From positions 384,001 to 448,000 of the forward strand of contig CAWFGO010000003.1 of the NCBI GenBank assembly GCA_963815455.1: DNA of 64,000 nucleotides, in the 5' to 3' direction. Under the pieces are notes generated by a model, which worked only from the letters and a program-made list of their open reading frames with translations, was not told where the DNA came from and ran no database searches. Shown piece by piece: positions 53,072 through 62,613 of this stretch. The DNA is from an uncultured Verrucomicrobiae bacterium (lineage in GTDB: Bacteria > Verrucomicrobiota > Verrucomicrobiia > Chthoniobacterales > UBA10450). Both the position numbers and the translations under genes were made by a program. Each line of letters opens with the position of its first letter. Position 1 is the first letter of the stretch.

Positions 53072-53139
53072 GTAGCCACGGCGCTCTGTCGCCGTGATCG
53101 CCGCGTAGGGTAAACGCCTCGGCAGAGCGAGGCGGCTAC
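53072..53139. repeat. GTAG REP doublet
   Basis: GTAGCCACGGCGCTCTGTCGCCGTG ... CGCCTCGGCAGAGCGAGGCGGCTAC. Confidence 0.85.
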
Positions 53140-53522
53140 AGCGCAACCCTGGCCCGTTGTCGCTTGATCTCGCCACGTTTGCGTTTCGATTCGAGTATCT
53201 TTCTTTTTAGAGCGCGCGGACGCGGCGATTTTCTGCGACGCGCCTTTTCACGCGCCGCAATCTCGGCCGCGCGACGCTTTTGCTGCGCTCCTTCAATGGC
53301 ATCGAGGAATCTCTCCCGGGCCAGCTTCCGGTTCTGCGCTTGCGATCGCGAATCCTGCACCGTCACGCTGATTCCGCTGGGCCCGTGCCGCAGCGTGACC
53401 GCGGTTGAAACCTTATTTACGTTCTGGCCGCCCGGCCCCCCGGATCGCGCAAACGATTCCTGCAAATCGGATTCCCTGATTCCAAGCCGCGCCATTCGCG
53501 CGCCGAATGATGCCTCAGCCAT
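53136..53522 (-). CDS. arfB: Peptidyl-tRNA hydrolase/ribosome rescue factor (ArfB-like)
   Basis: [18 protein letters not shown], basic C-terminal tail. Confidence 0.8.
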   Translation of the reverse strand: MAEASFGARMARLGIRESDLQESFARSGGPGGQNVNKVSTAVTLRHGPSGISVTVQDSRSQAQNRKLARERFLDAIEGAQQKRRAAEIAAREKARRRKSPRPRALKRKILESKRKRGEIKRQRARVAL

Positions 53523-53536
53523 AACTCCATCACTCC

Positions 53537-54109
53537 CTACTCCACCTTAGCCGACGCGATTTCCTCCCGTCCGTGACGAAGCACGCGCGCCATCCAGATC
53601 AGTTCGTCCAAGAATTTGTCCACACGCCGGACATAGTTTTGATCAACCAGCTTGCCCTGCTCGTCGAAAAGCTTCCGCACACTTCCGAAATTGACGTCCT
53701 CAAAGATCGTAACAAGGCCAAGCTCGCGCATCACCGGCAAAAGATTCTCAATCACACGCGCCCCGCCGAATGGACCTGCCGAAACCCCGCATATCCCAAC
53801 CGCTTTGTGAATATATTCCTTCAAATTCATGTCTAGCGCGTGTTTCAAGAGTCCGGGATAGCCGTGATTATATTCCGGCGCCACAATGACGAGGCCGTCG
53901 CAACGCGCGATTGTCGATGCAAACTTCGCGTCTTTTATTTGTTCGCCCGCATCATCGAATCGCATCGGCAAATTACGCACGTCAATGAGTTCCGTTTCCA
54001 CGCCGGGGCGATTCGTCGTTTGCTCAAGGACAAAGTTCGCCACGTGCTCGCTTTCCCGGCCCTGACGCGCGGTGCCCAGGATTATTGGAATAAAAAACGG
54101 CCGTTCCAT
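53537..54109 (-). CDS. NADPH-dependent FMN reductase
   Basis: [26 protein letters not shown]. Confidence 0.88.
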   Translation of the reverse strand: MERPFFIPIILGTARQGRESEHVANFVLEQTTNRPGVETELIDVRNLPMRFDDAGEQIKDAKFASTIARCDGLVIVAPEYNHGYPGLLKHALDMNLKEYIHKAVGICGVSAGPFGGARVIENLLPVMRELGLVTIFEDVNFGSVRKLFDEQGKLVDQNYVRRVDKFLDELIWMARVLRHGREEIASAKVE

Positions 54110-54130
54110 TTCTTAGACAAGGCTTACACT

Positions 54131-54616
54131 TTAGGGATTCGCCCTTGCGATCTTTTTGTGAATTTCTGGTGTCGCCATTAGCGAAGCCGAGCCATACCAG
54201 GGCGTCATGTCCGCGATCAATATTCCCGCCTTTATCGCCGGATCAGTTTCTACGAGCGTTTGAGCCTCGGCCACCGTTGAGACATTAAAGATAAACAGGC
54301 CGCGAAAGCCTTTGTCATTTTTTCCGAACGGTCCGGCGACGGCGAGTTTTCCTTCGTTTGCGAGCCTTCCAATGTTCGCGAGGTGCGCAGCGAAAATATC
54401 GTCCCGTTCCTTGCCTTTATAGTTCGCGTCACTTGGGCCGGTCTTAAGGATCACAAAAACGTAATTCTTCATGCCGTAGTCGTCAGCACCGAGTTGTTTT
54501 GCCAACACGGCGTCGTATTTGGAAGCTTCTGAGATTGTGCCGGCTTTTTGGTCAGCACCCGCGCCGGTCAAGCATGGAACTACAGCCAACGTCAGCAGTA
54601 ATGATCGCATCTTCAT
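54131..54616 (-). CDS. Secreted YciI/YCII-related protein
   Basis: HLANI, AGPF, DPAI, WYGS. Confidence 0.8.
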   Translation of the reverse strand: MKMRSLLLTLAVVPCLTGAGADQKAGTISEASKYDAVLAKQLGADDYGMKNYVFVILKTGPSDANYKGKERDDIFAAHLANIGRLANEGKLAVAGPFGKNDKGFRGLFIFNVSTVAEAQTLVETDPAIKAGILIADMTPWYGSASLMATPEIHKKIARANP

Positions 54617-54708
54617 ATTTACGTTTTGGTTTCCTTTCGCCAACAGTGGATAATTAAAATCCGGCGAGTCCTCGCATTCGCCAGCTTCGGCAACCGCCTC
54701 TGCGAGGG

Positions 54709-54793
54709 TGCCGATGATGGGATTCGAACCCATACAGAGTTTTCACTCTAACGGATTTTAAGTCCGTTGCGTCTGCCATTTCGCCACATCGGC
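54709..54793 (-). tRNA. tRNA-Leu (TAA)
   Basis: GCCGATGTGGCGAAATGGCAGACGCAACGGACTTAAAATCCG...GGGTTCGAATCCCATCATCGGCA; long variable arm; no encoded CCA. Confidence 0.95.
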
Positions 54794-54961
54794 GGGTCGC
54801 CGCGCCACTCTAGCCACATTTGGCTGACCAACCAAAATGAATTCGTAAGCCGCCGGTATTTCTCCTTGAGAGACAGTCCAGCGTTTGGGGCTTGACCAAA
54901 GACCGCCATCCTGTCACAAGCAGCAGCCATAGAGACTTGGCTGATCTTACGAAATGCGCTT

Positions 54962-56458
54962 ATGAGTGGGCGTCTTGTCTTCATTCTGTTCGCGCTCGCC
55001 TTTGTCGATCTTCGACAAACCAAAGCGGCGGAACAGTCGGCTGAGGATAAGCTGAAACAGGCCCAGGCCGAACTGCAGCTTGAACAGACGAAGCTCCAGC
55101 TTGAACAGACAAAAGCGTCCATTGCCGCAAGCCATGCCGCTCAGGTCAGCGCAGCTTTTCCCACGAACAAGGTTACGCCTTTGGAAGGAAAGACAACGGT
55201 CGATCAACAGTACACATTTCCTCCTCTCGTTCTGGCTTATGCCGCCTCGGAACGGATGACCTCCAAAATAGCCGCGCAAATTGCCACCATCATTGAGGAA
55301 CGTCGGGTCAACGCGCGGGCGAGACCGCGTGTTGTGATCTATCAGGCCGGCGACTCCATCCTGGGACAACGAGCAATCTATGCCCAATTAAACAATCGGT
55401 TAGACAGCATTATCGCTAGAATTGACCAGTGCGAAAAAGATTTTGAGGCGGCCAAGTCAGAAATGGCGGCCCTTTCGGATCCAAAGAAGGCAGCTGCTGA
55501 CTATTTGGAGCGAGCAAGATCGTATCTTGCTGCCGAAGCTGCGGCGGCAACTCAAGGTTTGGGTCCGGCCATGATGGCCGGAGCTGGATTTGATGAAGGC
55601 ATAACCGCAGCCAACAGCACCGTCCAATCGATCATTCAATTAATCTCGCTGTTTCGAACCGATACGACAATTGGAGGCGTGGCCATTAACATCGACGTGG
55701 ACGCGATCGCCGCTCAGTTAGGTCATAACCTGCAAAACTCGAGTCTGGCACCGGTGATCAACTACCCATCGCTGATGATGAACGTCGATTCAGCGATCCT
55801 GAAAAAGTTTGGCGAAATGAACGATCGACAAGGATTGCTGACGACGCATACGATCGAGATCGACGCATTCAGCCGCGACCTCGCTCTTGCTGAGGGAGTA
55901 ATTGAGGACCAAATCAAAAAGCAACCGCCGCGACCGGCGCCAGATGATACGGCAAAAATCACGGCATTGGCCATTAGCCTCGCTCAAGAAGATAACCAGC
56001 GGCGGACGGCCACCTTGAACGATCTGAAACAACGAAGCACTTCTCTGGAGCAGTTGGTTAGCGGAATCGATAAAGGTTTGGAGACCGTTGATGAAAAGAC
56101 CGGGATGACGCCTCTCGCTAGCATTATGAAGACGGAAGCTTTAATGGCGGCGCTGGACCAACCAAACACTTATAGCGTTCTCCTCAAGGCGGTCGCGGGT
56201 GGCGGCGCGACCCAAATCGATCGCAATCTTTTCACCGGATCAAGGCTCCGCCAACTTGGCGGCGCGGTTTTTATCACCACTCTCACAGATAACAAGGGAA
56301 CAGTCTTATTCACGGACGTGTCCACGGGTTTTCTTGGCTATTCCAAGCTGAAAAGCATGGGCGGAGCTGTTCGAAACGATGTCACGATTGACGAAGTTGC
56401 CGCCCCGAGGCACGCAGCGACAAAGACCAAGAGTTCTTTCCCAACGGGCGGAAACTAA
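54962..56458 (+). CDS. Secreted coiled-coil hypothetical protein
   Basis: 498-aa ORF with a signal-like N-terminus and heptad segments. Confidence 0.7.
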   Translation: MSGRLVFILFALAFVDLRQTKAAEQSAEDKLKQAQAELQLEQTKLQLEQTKASIAASHAAQVSAAFPTNKVTPLEGKTTVDQQYTFPPLVLAYAASERMTSKIAAQIATIIEERRVNARARPRVVIYQAGDSILGQRAIYAQLNNRLDSIIARIDQCEKDFEAAKSEMAALSDPKKAAADYLERARSYLAAEAAAATQGLGPAMMAGAGFDEGITAANSTVQSIIQLISLFRTDTTIGGVAINIDVDAIAAQLGHNLQNSSLAPVINYPSLMMNVDSAILKKFGEMNDRQGLLTTHTIEIDAFSRDLALAEGVIEDQIKKQPPRPAPDDTAKITALAISLAQEDNQRRTATLNDLKQRSTSLEQLVSGIDKGLETVDEKTGMTPLASIMKTEALMAALDQPNTYSVLLKAVAGGGATQIDRNLFTGSRLRQLGGAVFITTLTDNKGTVLFTDVSTGFLGYSKLKSMGGAVRNDVTIDEVAAPRHAATKTKSSFPTGGN

Positions 56459-56564
56459 AAGAAGCGGGTGAGCAAAGAGGGCAATCGGCTCCGGCCGCGC
56501 ACTCCATTAACGCGGGATTGGCGTTTTACCGAAACGCCCTACAATTCCTCTGGAACTCCGCGCC

Positions 56565-57173
56565 ATGACTACCGCCAACAAGATCACCGTTATCCGGATC
56601 CTTATGATCCCGGTATTCGTGACACTGGCCATCTATTATGGGCAAAGTGTCCAGCGGGGCGAGCCAGTCGAGTGGCAGCGTTTCGCGGCGATTTTTGTTT
56701 TTCTTCTCGCGGCGGTCAGCGACGGCCTTGACGGCTACGTCGCGCGACGTTACAACCAGCGCAGCACGCTCGGACTTTATCTCGATCCAATTGCGGACAA
56801 AGGCCTTCTTCTCAGCGGGATCATCACCCTGAGCATTAGCAACTGGAACGATGTCGATCCTGCATACGGACGATTTCCGCTTTGGTTCCCGATTCTCGTC
56901 ATCACCCGCGACGTGGTCATTCTCGTCGGCTCCGTGGTTTTGCATCTGCTGATCGGTGACAAGATGCGGGTGAGGCCGCGCTGGCCGGGCAAAGTCGCCA
57001 CGGTTTGCCAAATGGTCGCGATCGGCTGGGTAATGCTGCAATTCCATTTTATCCCCTTGACCTTTGTCGTCGCAGTCGCCGGATTGTTTACATTCGTGTC
57101 CGGGGTGGTTTACGTCATGGACGGCGTCCGCCAGTTGCAAGCCGAAGGACACGCGCACGCCAAGGTCGGCTGA
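56565..57173 (+). CDS. CDP-alcohol phosphatidyltransferase (PgsA-like)
   Basis: ANKITVIR, SDGLDGYVAR, LDPIADK. Confidence 0.9.
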   Translation: MTTANKITVIRILMIPVFVTLAIYYGQSVQRGEPVEWQRFAAIFVFLLAAVSDGLDGYVARRYNQRSTLGLYLDPIADKGLLLSGIITLSISNWNDVDPAYGRFPLWFPILVITRDVVILVGSVVLHLLIGDKMRVRPRWPGKVATVCQMVAIGWVMLQFHFIPLTFVVAVAGLFTFVSGVVYVMDGVRQLQAEGHAHAKVG

Positions 57174-57188
57174 GCGGGTCCTATCAAC

Positions 57189-58568
57189 GTGATGAAGGCC
57201 ACAAACGGAGTGCCGAACGTCGTAATCGTGGGACGGCCTAACGTCGGCAAGTCGGCGTTATTCAATCGGCTGGCCGGCCGCAAGATCGCGATTGTGCACG
57301 ATCAGCCGGGAATCACTCGCGATCGCATTTCGGCCCTGTGCACCCGCGGGCCCCGGCCATTCATGATCTGGGACACCGGTGGCGTTTTGGGCGCGGGAGA
57401 ATCCGAGCTGACCGGGCAAGTCCGCCGCGGAGTCGAACGGGCAATCAGCGAGGGCGACCTTTTGTTATTCATTGTCGATGCAAAACACGGGCTCTCGCCT
57501 ATCGACAAGGAATTTTCTCGCTTGCTGCGCAAATCCGGCAAGCCGGTGGTGCTGGTCGTGAATAAGATCGACAACGACAAGCACGAGTCGCTGGCGGTTG
57601 ATTTCTACGCGCTCGGCTTCGCGCATTGTCTCCCAATCAGTGCGGAGCACAACCGCGGCATTATCGAATTGATCGACACAATCGATGAAATCTTGCCCGC
57701 TTTCGGGACACGCGACAGCCGGGCTCCGGAACCCACCATCCCGCGCCCGCTCGCACTCGCGATCGTCGGCCGGCCGAATGTCGGCAAGTCCTCTTTGATC
57801 AATGCCATCGCAAAAAGCGAACACGCAATCGTGAGTGAAATACCGGGCACCACGCGTGATGCCGTCGATATCTCCTACGAGCGCGATGGCGACCACTATA
57901 TGCTGATCGACACGGCCGGAATCCGCCGGCGCGGGAAACATTCGACCTCCGTCGAGGTCTTCAGCGTGATGCGCGCGGCCCGCAGTATTCGACGGGCCGA
58001 TCTGTGCGTGTTGATTGTCGATCCTATTAGTGGCGTCACCGCCCAGGACAAGAAGATCGCCGGGCTCATCCAGGAAGCGCGCAAGGCCGCCATCGTCGTG
58101 GTTAACAAATTCGATCTGGTCAAGCCGAAACGCGATGTTCGTAAGGCGATCGATGAAATTATCACGGCAACGCGGGAGCGGCTTTTCTTTGCCGATTACG
58201 CGCCGGTTCTGGTCGCATCCGCGCTCACCGGCGAACACGTACAAAAGTTTTTCCAGATGATCAAACACGTGCGACGGGCGGCAGACGCTCGAATCGGAAC
58301 CGGCGTTTTGAACCGTCTGCTCCGGGCCGCCTTCGCGGCAAATCCGCCGCCGATGAAGCGAGGGAAGCGGCTAAAGTTATTTTACGCAGCACAAGCGGCT
58401 GGAGATGAAGATCGACAACTGCAACCGTCCGAATTTGTTCTCTTCGTGAACAATCCGCGTTTACTCATACAGAGTTACGAACGTTATTTGGAAGGGCGCA
58501 TCCGCGAAGCGCAGCCTTATCCGGGGTTACCGATCCTTTTGACGCTGCGCCCGCGCAGCGAAAGTTAG
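57189..58568 (+). CDS. der: Ribosome biogenesis GTPase Der
   Basis: Two GRPNVGKS G-domains, DTGG/DTAG, NKID/NKFD. Confidence 0.96.
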   Translation: MMKATNGVPNVVIVGRPNVGKSALFNRLAGRKIAIVHDQPGITRDRISALCTRGPRPFMIWDTGGVLGAGESELTGQVRRGVERAISEGDLLLFIVDAKHGLSPIDKEFSRLLRKSGKPVVLVVNKIDNDKHESLAVDFYALGFAHCLPISAEHNRGIIELIDTIDEILPAFGTRDSRAPEPTIPRPLALAIVGRPNVGKSSLINAIAKSEHAIVSEIPGTTRDAVDISYERDGDHYMLIDTAGIRRRGKHSTSVEVFSVMRAARSIRRADLCVLIVDPISGVTAQDKKIAGLIQEARKAAIVVVNKFDLVKPKRDVRKAIDEIITATRERLFFADYAPVLVASALTGEHVQKFFQMIKHVRRAADARIGTGVLNRLLRAAFAANPPPMKRGKRLKLFYAAQAAGDEDRQLQPSEFVLFVNNPRLLIQSYERYLEGRIREAQPYPGLPILLTLRPRSES

Positions 58569-58607
58569 GATCGAACATTTAGCGAGAAAATTTGTCTCAA
58601 AACACAC

Positions 58608-59594
58608 ATGAAATCGACTCAGGAAATCACGCACGAAGTGCAACAACTGGGCCAATGGATCCCGGCGCTACGCGAACAGGTCGGGCACGTAGTCATCGGA
58701 CAGAAGTATCTGGTCGATCGGCTCTTGCTTGGTTTGCTGGCTAATGGCCACATCCTGCTCGAAGGCGTTCCCGGATTGGCCAAGACCCTGGCCGTCAAAA
58801 CCATGGCGGGCTGTATTCAGACCGGCTTTCAGCGACTGCAATTCACCCCCGATCTTTTGCCGGCCGATTTGATCGGCACTCTCATCTACAATCCGCGTAC
58901 CGGCGAGTTCACGACCAAGATGGGCCCGATTTTTTCGAACCTGATCCTGGCCGATGAAATCAATCGCGCACCTGCCAAAGTACAAAGCGCGCTACTGGAA
59001 GCGATGCAGGAACGGCAAATCACGATCGGCGAAAAAACGTATCCCCTCCCCGATCCGTTCCTGGTTCTCGCTACCCAGAACCCCATCGAACAGGAAGGAA
59101 CCTACCAGCTGCCGGAAGCTCAACTCGACCGTTTCATGCTGAAGCTAAATGTCGGTTATCCTGGGAAGCCGGAAGAGCGTCGCATCCTCGACTTGATGGC
59201 CACGTCCGCGCCGGACTTGCGGGTCAACCCGGTGATCGAACCGAAACAGATCATCGCCGCCCGCGACATCGTAAACCAGATCTACATCGACGACCGCGTA
59301 AAGGATTACATTGTCGATGTTGTCTGGGCGACCCGTGAGCCGGCGTCGTTCAATTTGCAACTGGAAGGTCTGATTCGTTACGGCGCGTCGCCTCGGGCAA
59401 CTATTTATCTCGCGCTCGGCGCGCGGGCCAATGCATTCGTTAACGGCCGCGGCTACGTCACGCCGCAGGACGTGAAGAGCATCGGCCCGGACGTTTTGCG
59501 GCATCGAATCATCGTCAGCTACGAAGCGGAAGCCGAAGCGGTAACGAGCGAGACGATCATTGAGAGGATTTTCGCGGGATTGCCGGTGCCCTAG
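58608..59594 (+). CDS. MoxR family AAA ATPase
   Basis: EGVPGLAKT, FTPDLLP, ADEINRAP, ATQNPIEQEGTY. Confidence 0.95.
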   Translation: MKSTQEITHEVQQLGQWIPALREQVGHVVIGQKYLVDRLLLGLLANGHILLEGVPGLAKTLAVKTMAGCIQTGFQRLQFTPDLLPADLIGTLIYNPRTGEFTTKMGPIFSNLILADEINRAPAKVQSALLEAMQERQITIGEKTYPLPDPFLVLATQNPIEQEGTYQLPEAQLDRFMLKLNVGYPGKPEERRILDLMATSAPDLRVNPVIEPKQIIAARDIVNQIYIDDRVKDYIVDVVWATREPASFNLQLEGLIRYGASPRATIYLALGARANAFVNGRGYVTPQDVKSIGPDVLRHRIIVSYEAEAEAVTSETIIERIFAGLPVP

Positions 59595-59595
59595 G

Positions 59596-60045
59596 GTCAT
59601 CCCGAGCGCTCGCCGCGCCGTAGCGCAGCGGAGGCGGGAAGTCGAGGGATCCCGTGGTGCAACCGAGAAGCTAGGAATGAAAGTCGCAAAATTACTTCGT
59701 TTATATATTAACTAATGGGGATCGCCATACCGTGCTCTACATTGGCGTTACCAACGATCTCGAACGCCGCGGCAGCGAACATTCATTAGAATTCGGGAGC
59801 GCATTTGCGAGGCAATACAACGCGCACAAGCTCATCTATTTCGAAGCTCATCCCGATCCGACGAGTGCAATTGCACGCGAGAAACAACTGAAAGGCTGGA
59901 GTCGCGTTAAGAAGGAGGCATTGATTTCACAGGCAAATCCGGCCTGGAAGGATCTGTTTGACGAGATGTACGCACTTCGGCCAATCGGAGGTTCCCGGTA
60001 ATGCTACGGGATCCCTCGACTTCGCTGCGCGCGGCTCGGGATGAC
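59596..60045. mobile_element. Inverted-repeat element carrying a GIY-YIG nuclease gene
   Basis: Left arm GTCATCCCGAGC..AAGTCGAGGGATCCCGT; right arm ACGGGATCCCTCGACTT..GCTCGGGATGAC. Confidence 0.7.
59677..60001 (+). CDS. Small GIY-YIG nuclease (one extra base near the start)
   Basis: NYFVYILTN...VLYIGVTNDLERR..EH, LIYFE, AIAREKQLKGWSR.KK..LI...NP.W.DL. Confidence 0.9.
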
Positions 60046-60939
60046 GAGCAGGCAGAAACCACCGCCGGCATCCTGAAAAAGATCAGAACGCTGGAACTCA
60101 AGACCCGCGGCCTGGTCGAAACCGCTTTCGCAGGCGATTACCACAGCGTCTTCAAAGGACGCGGGATGAATTTTGAAGATGTGCGCGAATATCAGCCGGG
60201 GGACGAGATTCGCGCGATCGATTGGAACGTGACCGCGCGCCTCGGCACGGCCTTCGTGAAGCAATTCACCGAAGAACGCGAGCTGACCGTGATGCTGATT
60301 GTCGATGTGAGCGCTTCGGGAAATTTCGGCAGCACCACGCAATCGAAGCGCGAGCTTGCCGCGGAAGTGGCCTGCCTGCTCGCTTTCAGCGCGATCCGAA
60401 ACAACGACAAGGTCGGCCTGCTCTTGTTTACCGATCGGGTCGAGCTTTTCATTCCGCCGAAAAAAGGACGGTCGCACACGTTGCGGGTGATTCGCGAGAT
60501 CTTGTTCTTCACGCCGCAAGGCCGCGGGACCGAGCCGGCGCTGGCGCTCGATTATCTAAACAAGATCGTTACACGGCGCGCGGTCGTGTTTTTTATTTCC
60601 GATTTTCAGGCGCCCGATTTTTCAAAAGCGCTGGCGGTGAGCGCGCGACGCCACGATTTCATCGCGGTCCATATTCACGACGAGCGGGAAAAGGTGCTGC
60701 CGAATATTGGGATCATCACACTGGAAGACGCAGAGACCGGCGAACAAATCGAAATTAACACGGCCGATCGCGCGACCCGGGCGCGATTTGCCCAGGAGGC
60801 CGAAGATCAAGAGGCCGAGCTTGCCCACACACTTCGCCGAAACCGTATCGACTCGATCGCGCTGCGGACCGGACAGGATTACTTGCCCGCGCTGCGCACA
60901 TTTTTCAAACAGCGCGAGCACCGCCTGGCAATTCGCTAA
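60001..60939 (+). CDS. DUF58 domain protein
   Basis: FKGRGMNFEDVREYQPGDEIRAIDWNVTAR, DVSAS, FISDF. Confidence 0.93.
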   Translation: MLRDPSTSLRAARDDEQAETTAGILKKIRTLELKTRGLVETAFAGDYHSVFKGRGMNFEDVREYQPGDEIRAIDWNVTARLGTAFVKQFTEERELTVMLIVDVSASGNFGSTTQSKRELAAEVACLLAFSAIRNNDKVGLLLFTDRVELFIPPKKGRSHTLRVIREILFFTPQGRGTEPALALDYLNKIVTRRAVVFFISDFQAPDFSKALAVSARRHDFIAVHIHDEREKVLPNIGIITLEDAETGEQIEINTADRATRARFAQEAEDQEAELAHTLRRNRIDSIALRTGQDYLPALRTFFKQREHRLAIR

Positions 60940-61456
60940 TGACAATGTCGATCCTATTAGCCGAAGAATTTCATGACATTGCGCCCCCTGTCGATTATTC
61001 GCTCATTCCGCCCTGGGTGGTCTTCGTCGGAGTTTTTATAGCGTTCACGATCATAGGGTTACTCATTTGGCTGTTCCTGCGGTCGCGGAAGACTGCGGCT
61101 GCCAATCAAATCGCCGCGGGAACGCGCCCTGGAGCAGCTCGAGCGTATGAAAAACGAGGTGGAAAAAACGCGGCCTTATCGATTCAGCATTCGGGTTTCG
61201 GACGTTCTGCGCCGGTACGTGACCGAGCAATTCAATCTGCCGGTTACGCGCCAGACGTCTGTGGAATTTCTCGATCGCGCTGGCCCAATCCGCGTCGTTT
61301 TCCGAGGACGAAAAGGAGTTGCTCGAAGATTTTCTAAACCGGTGCGACTTGATCAAGTTCGCGCGCTACGACGCGACCACATCGGACAGCCGGTTGCTTT
61401 TGGAGGAAGCGATGCGCTTCGTGAAGGGAGGTCAGCTTGCAACTGCACCTGCTTGA
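60939..61456 (+). CDS. DUF4381-like single-TM protein (frameshifted)
   Basis: HDIAPPV, TM helix, RQTSVEF, CDLIKFA across frames. Confidence 0.75.
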
Positions 61457-62498
61457 TTGGTGGCCGGCGAACAGCGCGCTGACCTTCGCTCGCCCGTGGC
61501 TGCTCTTATTGCTGCTGGCAATTCCGCTGCTGGCCTGGTTGCGCGGCAAACGCGGGCCGGCAGCGGCGCTTGACCTTTTCCTCGACCGCCACCCTTCACG
61601 CGATCGGTAAACGAAGTCAGGCCCGGGCGGGAAAAATTCTGCGGACATTGTTACTGGCAACGCTGGCGATTTTCGTCATTGCGCTGGCGCGTCCGCAGCT
61701 CGGCAAAAGTCTCACCCAGGTCGAAGCCAGCGGGATCGACATCATGCTCGTGCTCGATGTTTCGGGATCGATGCTGACGAAGGATTTCACGATCGGCGGC
61801 GAGCTGGCGACGCGAGTGGATGCGATCCGCGAAGTGACGCGCAAATTCATCGAAGGCCGGCCCAACGATCGCATCGGAATCATTGCCTTCGCCGGGCGCC
61901 CCTATGTCGTAAGCCCGATGACGCTGGATCACGATTGGCTTGTGCAAAATCTGGACCGGGTGCGCATCGGATTGGTCGAAGACGGCACCGCCATTGGTTC
62001 GGCGATGGCGGCGGCAGCGAATCGTTTGAACGACAAACAATCAAAGAGCCGCGTCATCGTGCTGCTTAACCGATGGTGAAAACAATGCCGGCAAAATCCC
62101 GCCCAACACGGCGGCGGAAGCGGTAAAGGCGTTAAAGATTCATTTTTATGCGATTGGCGCCGGGACCAACGGCCTGGCCCTGGCGCCGGTATTTACGCCG
62201 CGCGGTCCGCTGACCGATCCGTTCGGCAACCTTGTTTACGAAAGACAGCGCGGTTCAATTCAACGAGACCGGCTTGAAAGAAGTCGCGAAGATCGCCGAT
62301 GGAAAATTTTTCCGCGCGACCGATACCAAATCGCTCGAACAAATTTATGACGACATCGACAAGATGGAAAAAACGACCATCAACGTGAAGAAATATCAGG
62401 AGTATCGCGACTTGTTTCCGCTCTGTCTCATGAGCGGTCTCGGCTTACTGGTTGCGCAGATTTTGTTGTCGCAAACGATTTGGAAGAAATTGCCGTGA
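61437..62498 (+). CDS. BatA-like VWA domain protein (frameshifted)
   Basis: LTFARPWLL, ALARPQ, MIDAS DVSGSM, DGTAIG, FFRATD. Confidence 0.88.
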
Positions 62499-62509
62499 AT
62501 CGCCTCATT

Positions 62510-62601
62510 GTCATTCCGAGCGAAGCGAAGCGAAGTCGAGGAATCCCGCGACCGAACCGAAGGACTATTCTACGGGATCCCTCGACTTCGCTCGGGATGA
62601 C
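62510..62601. repeat. GTCAT/ATGAC palindromic element (gene-less); closest match to the GIY-YIG element arms
   Basis: GTCATTCCGAGCGAAG..AAGTCGAGGAATCCCG ... CTACGGGATCCCTCGACTTCGCTCGGGATGAC. Confidence 0.9.
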
Positions 62602-62613
62602 CGGAATTACATT

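Noticed and set aside
54620..54710. Prophage/island attachment site at the tRNA-Leu 3' end
   Set aside because: No duplicated tRNA 3' end and no integrase in the window.
54131..54733. 200-aa ORF with N-terminal extension into the tRNA
   Set aside because: The extension overlaps tRNA-Leu; the likely start is 54616, giving a signal peptide.
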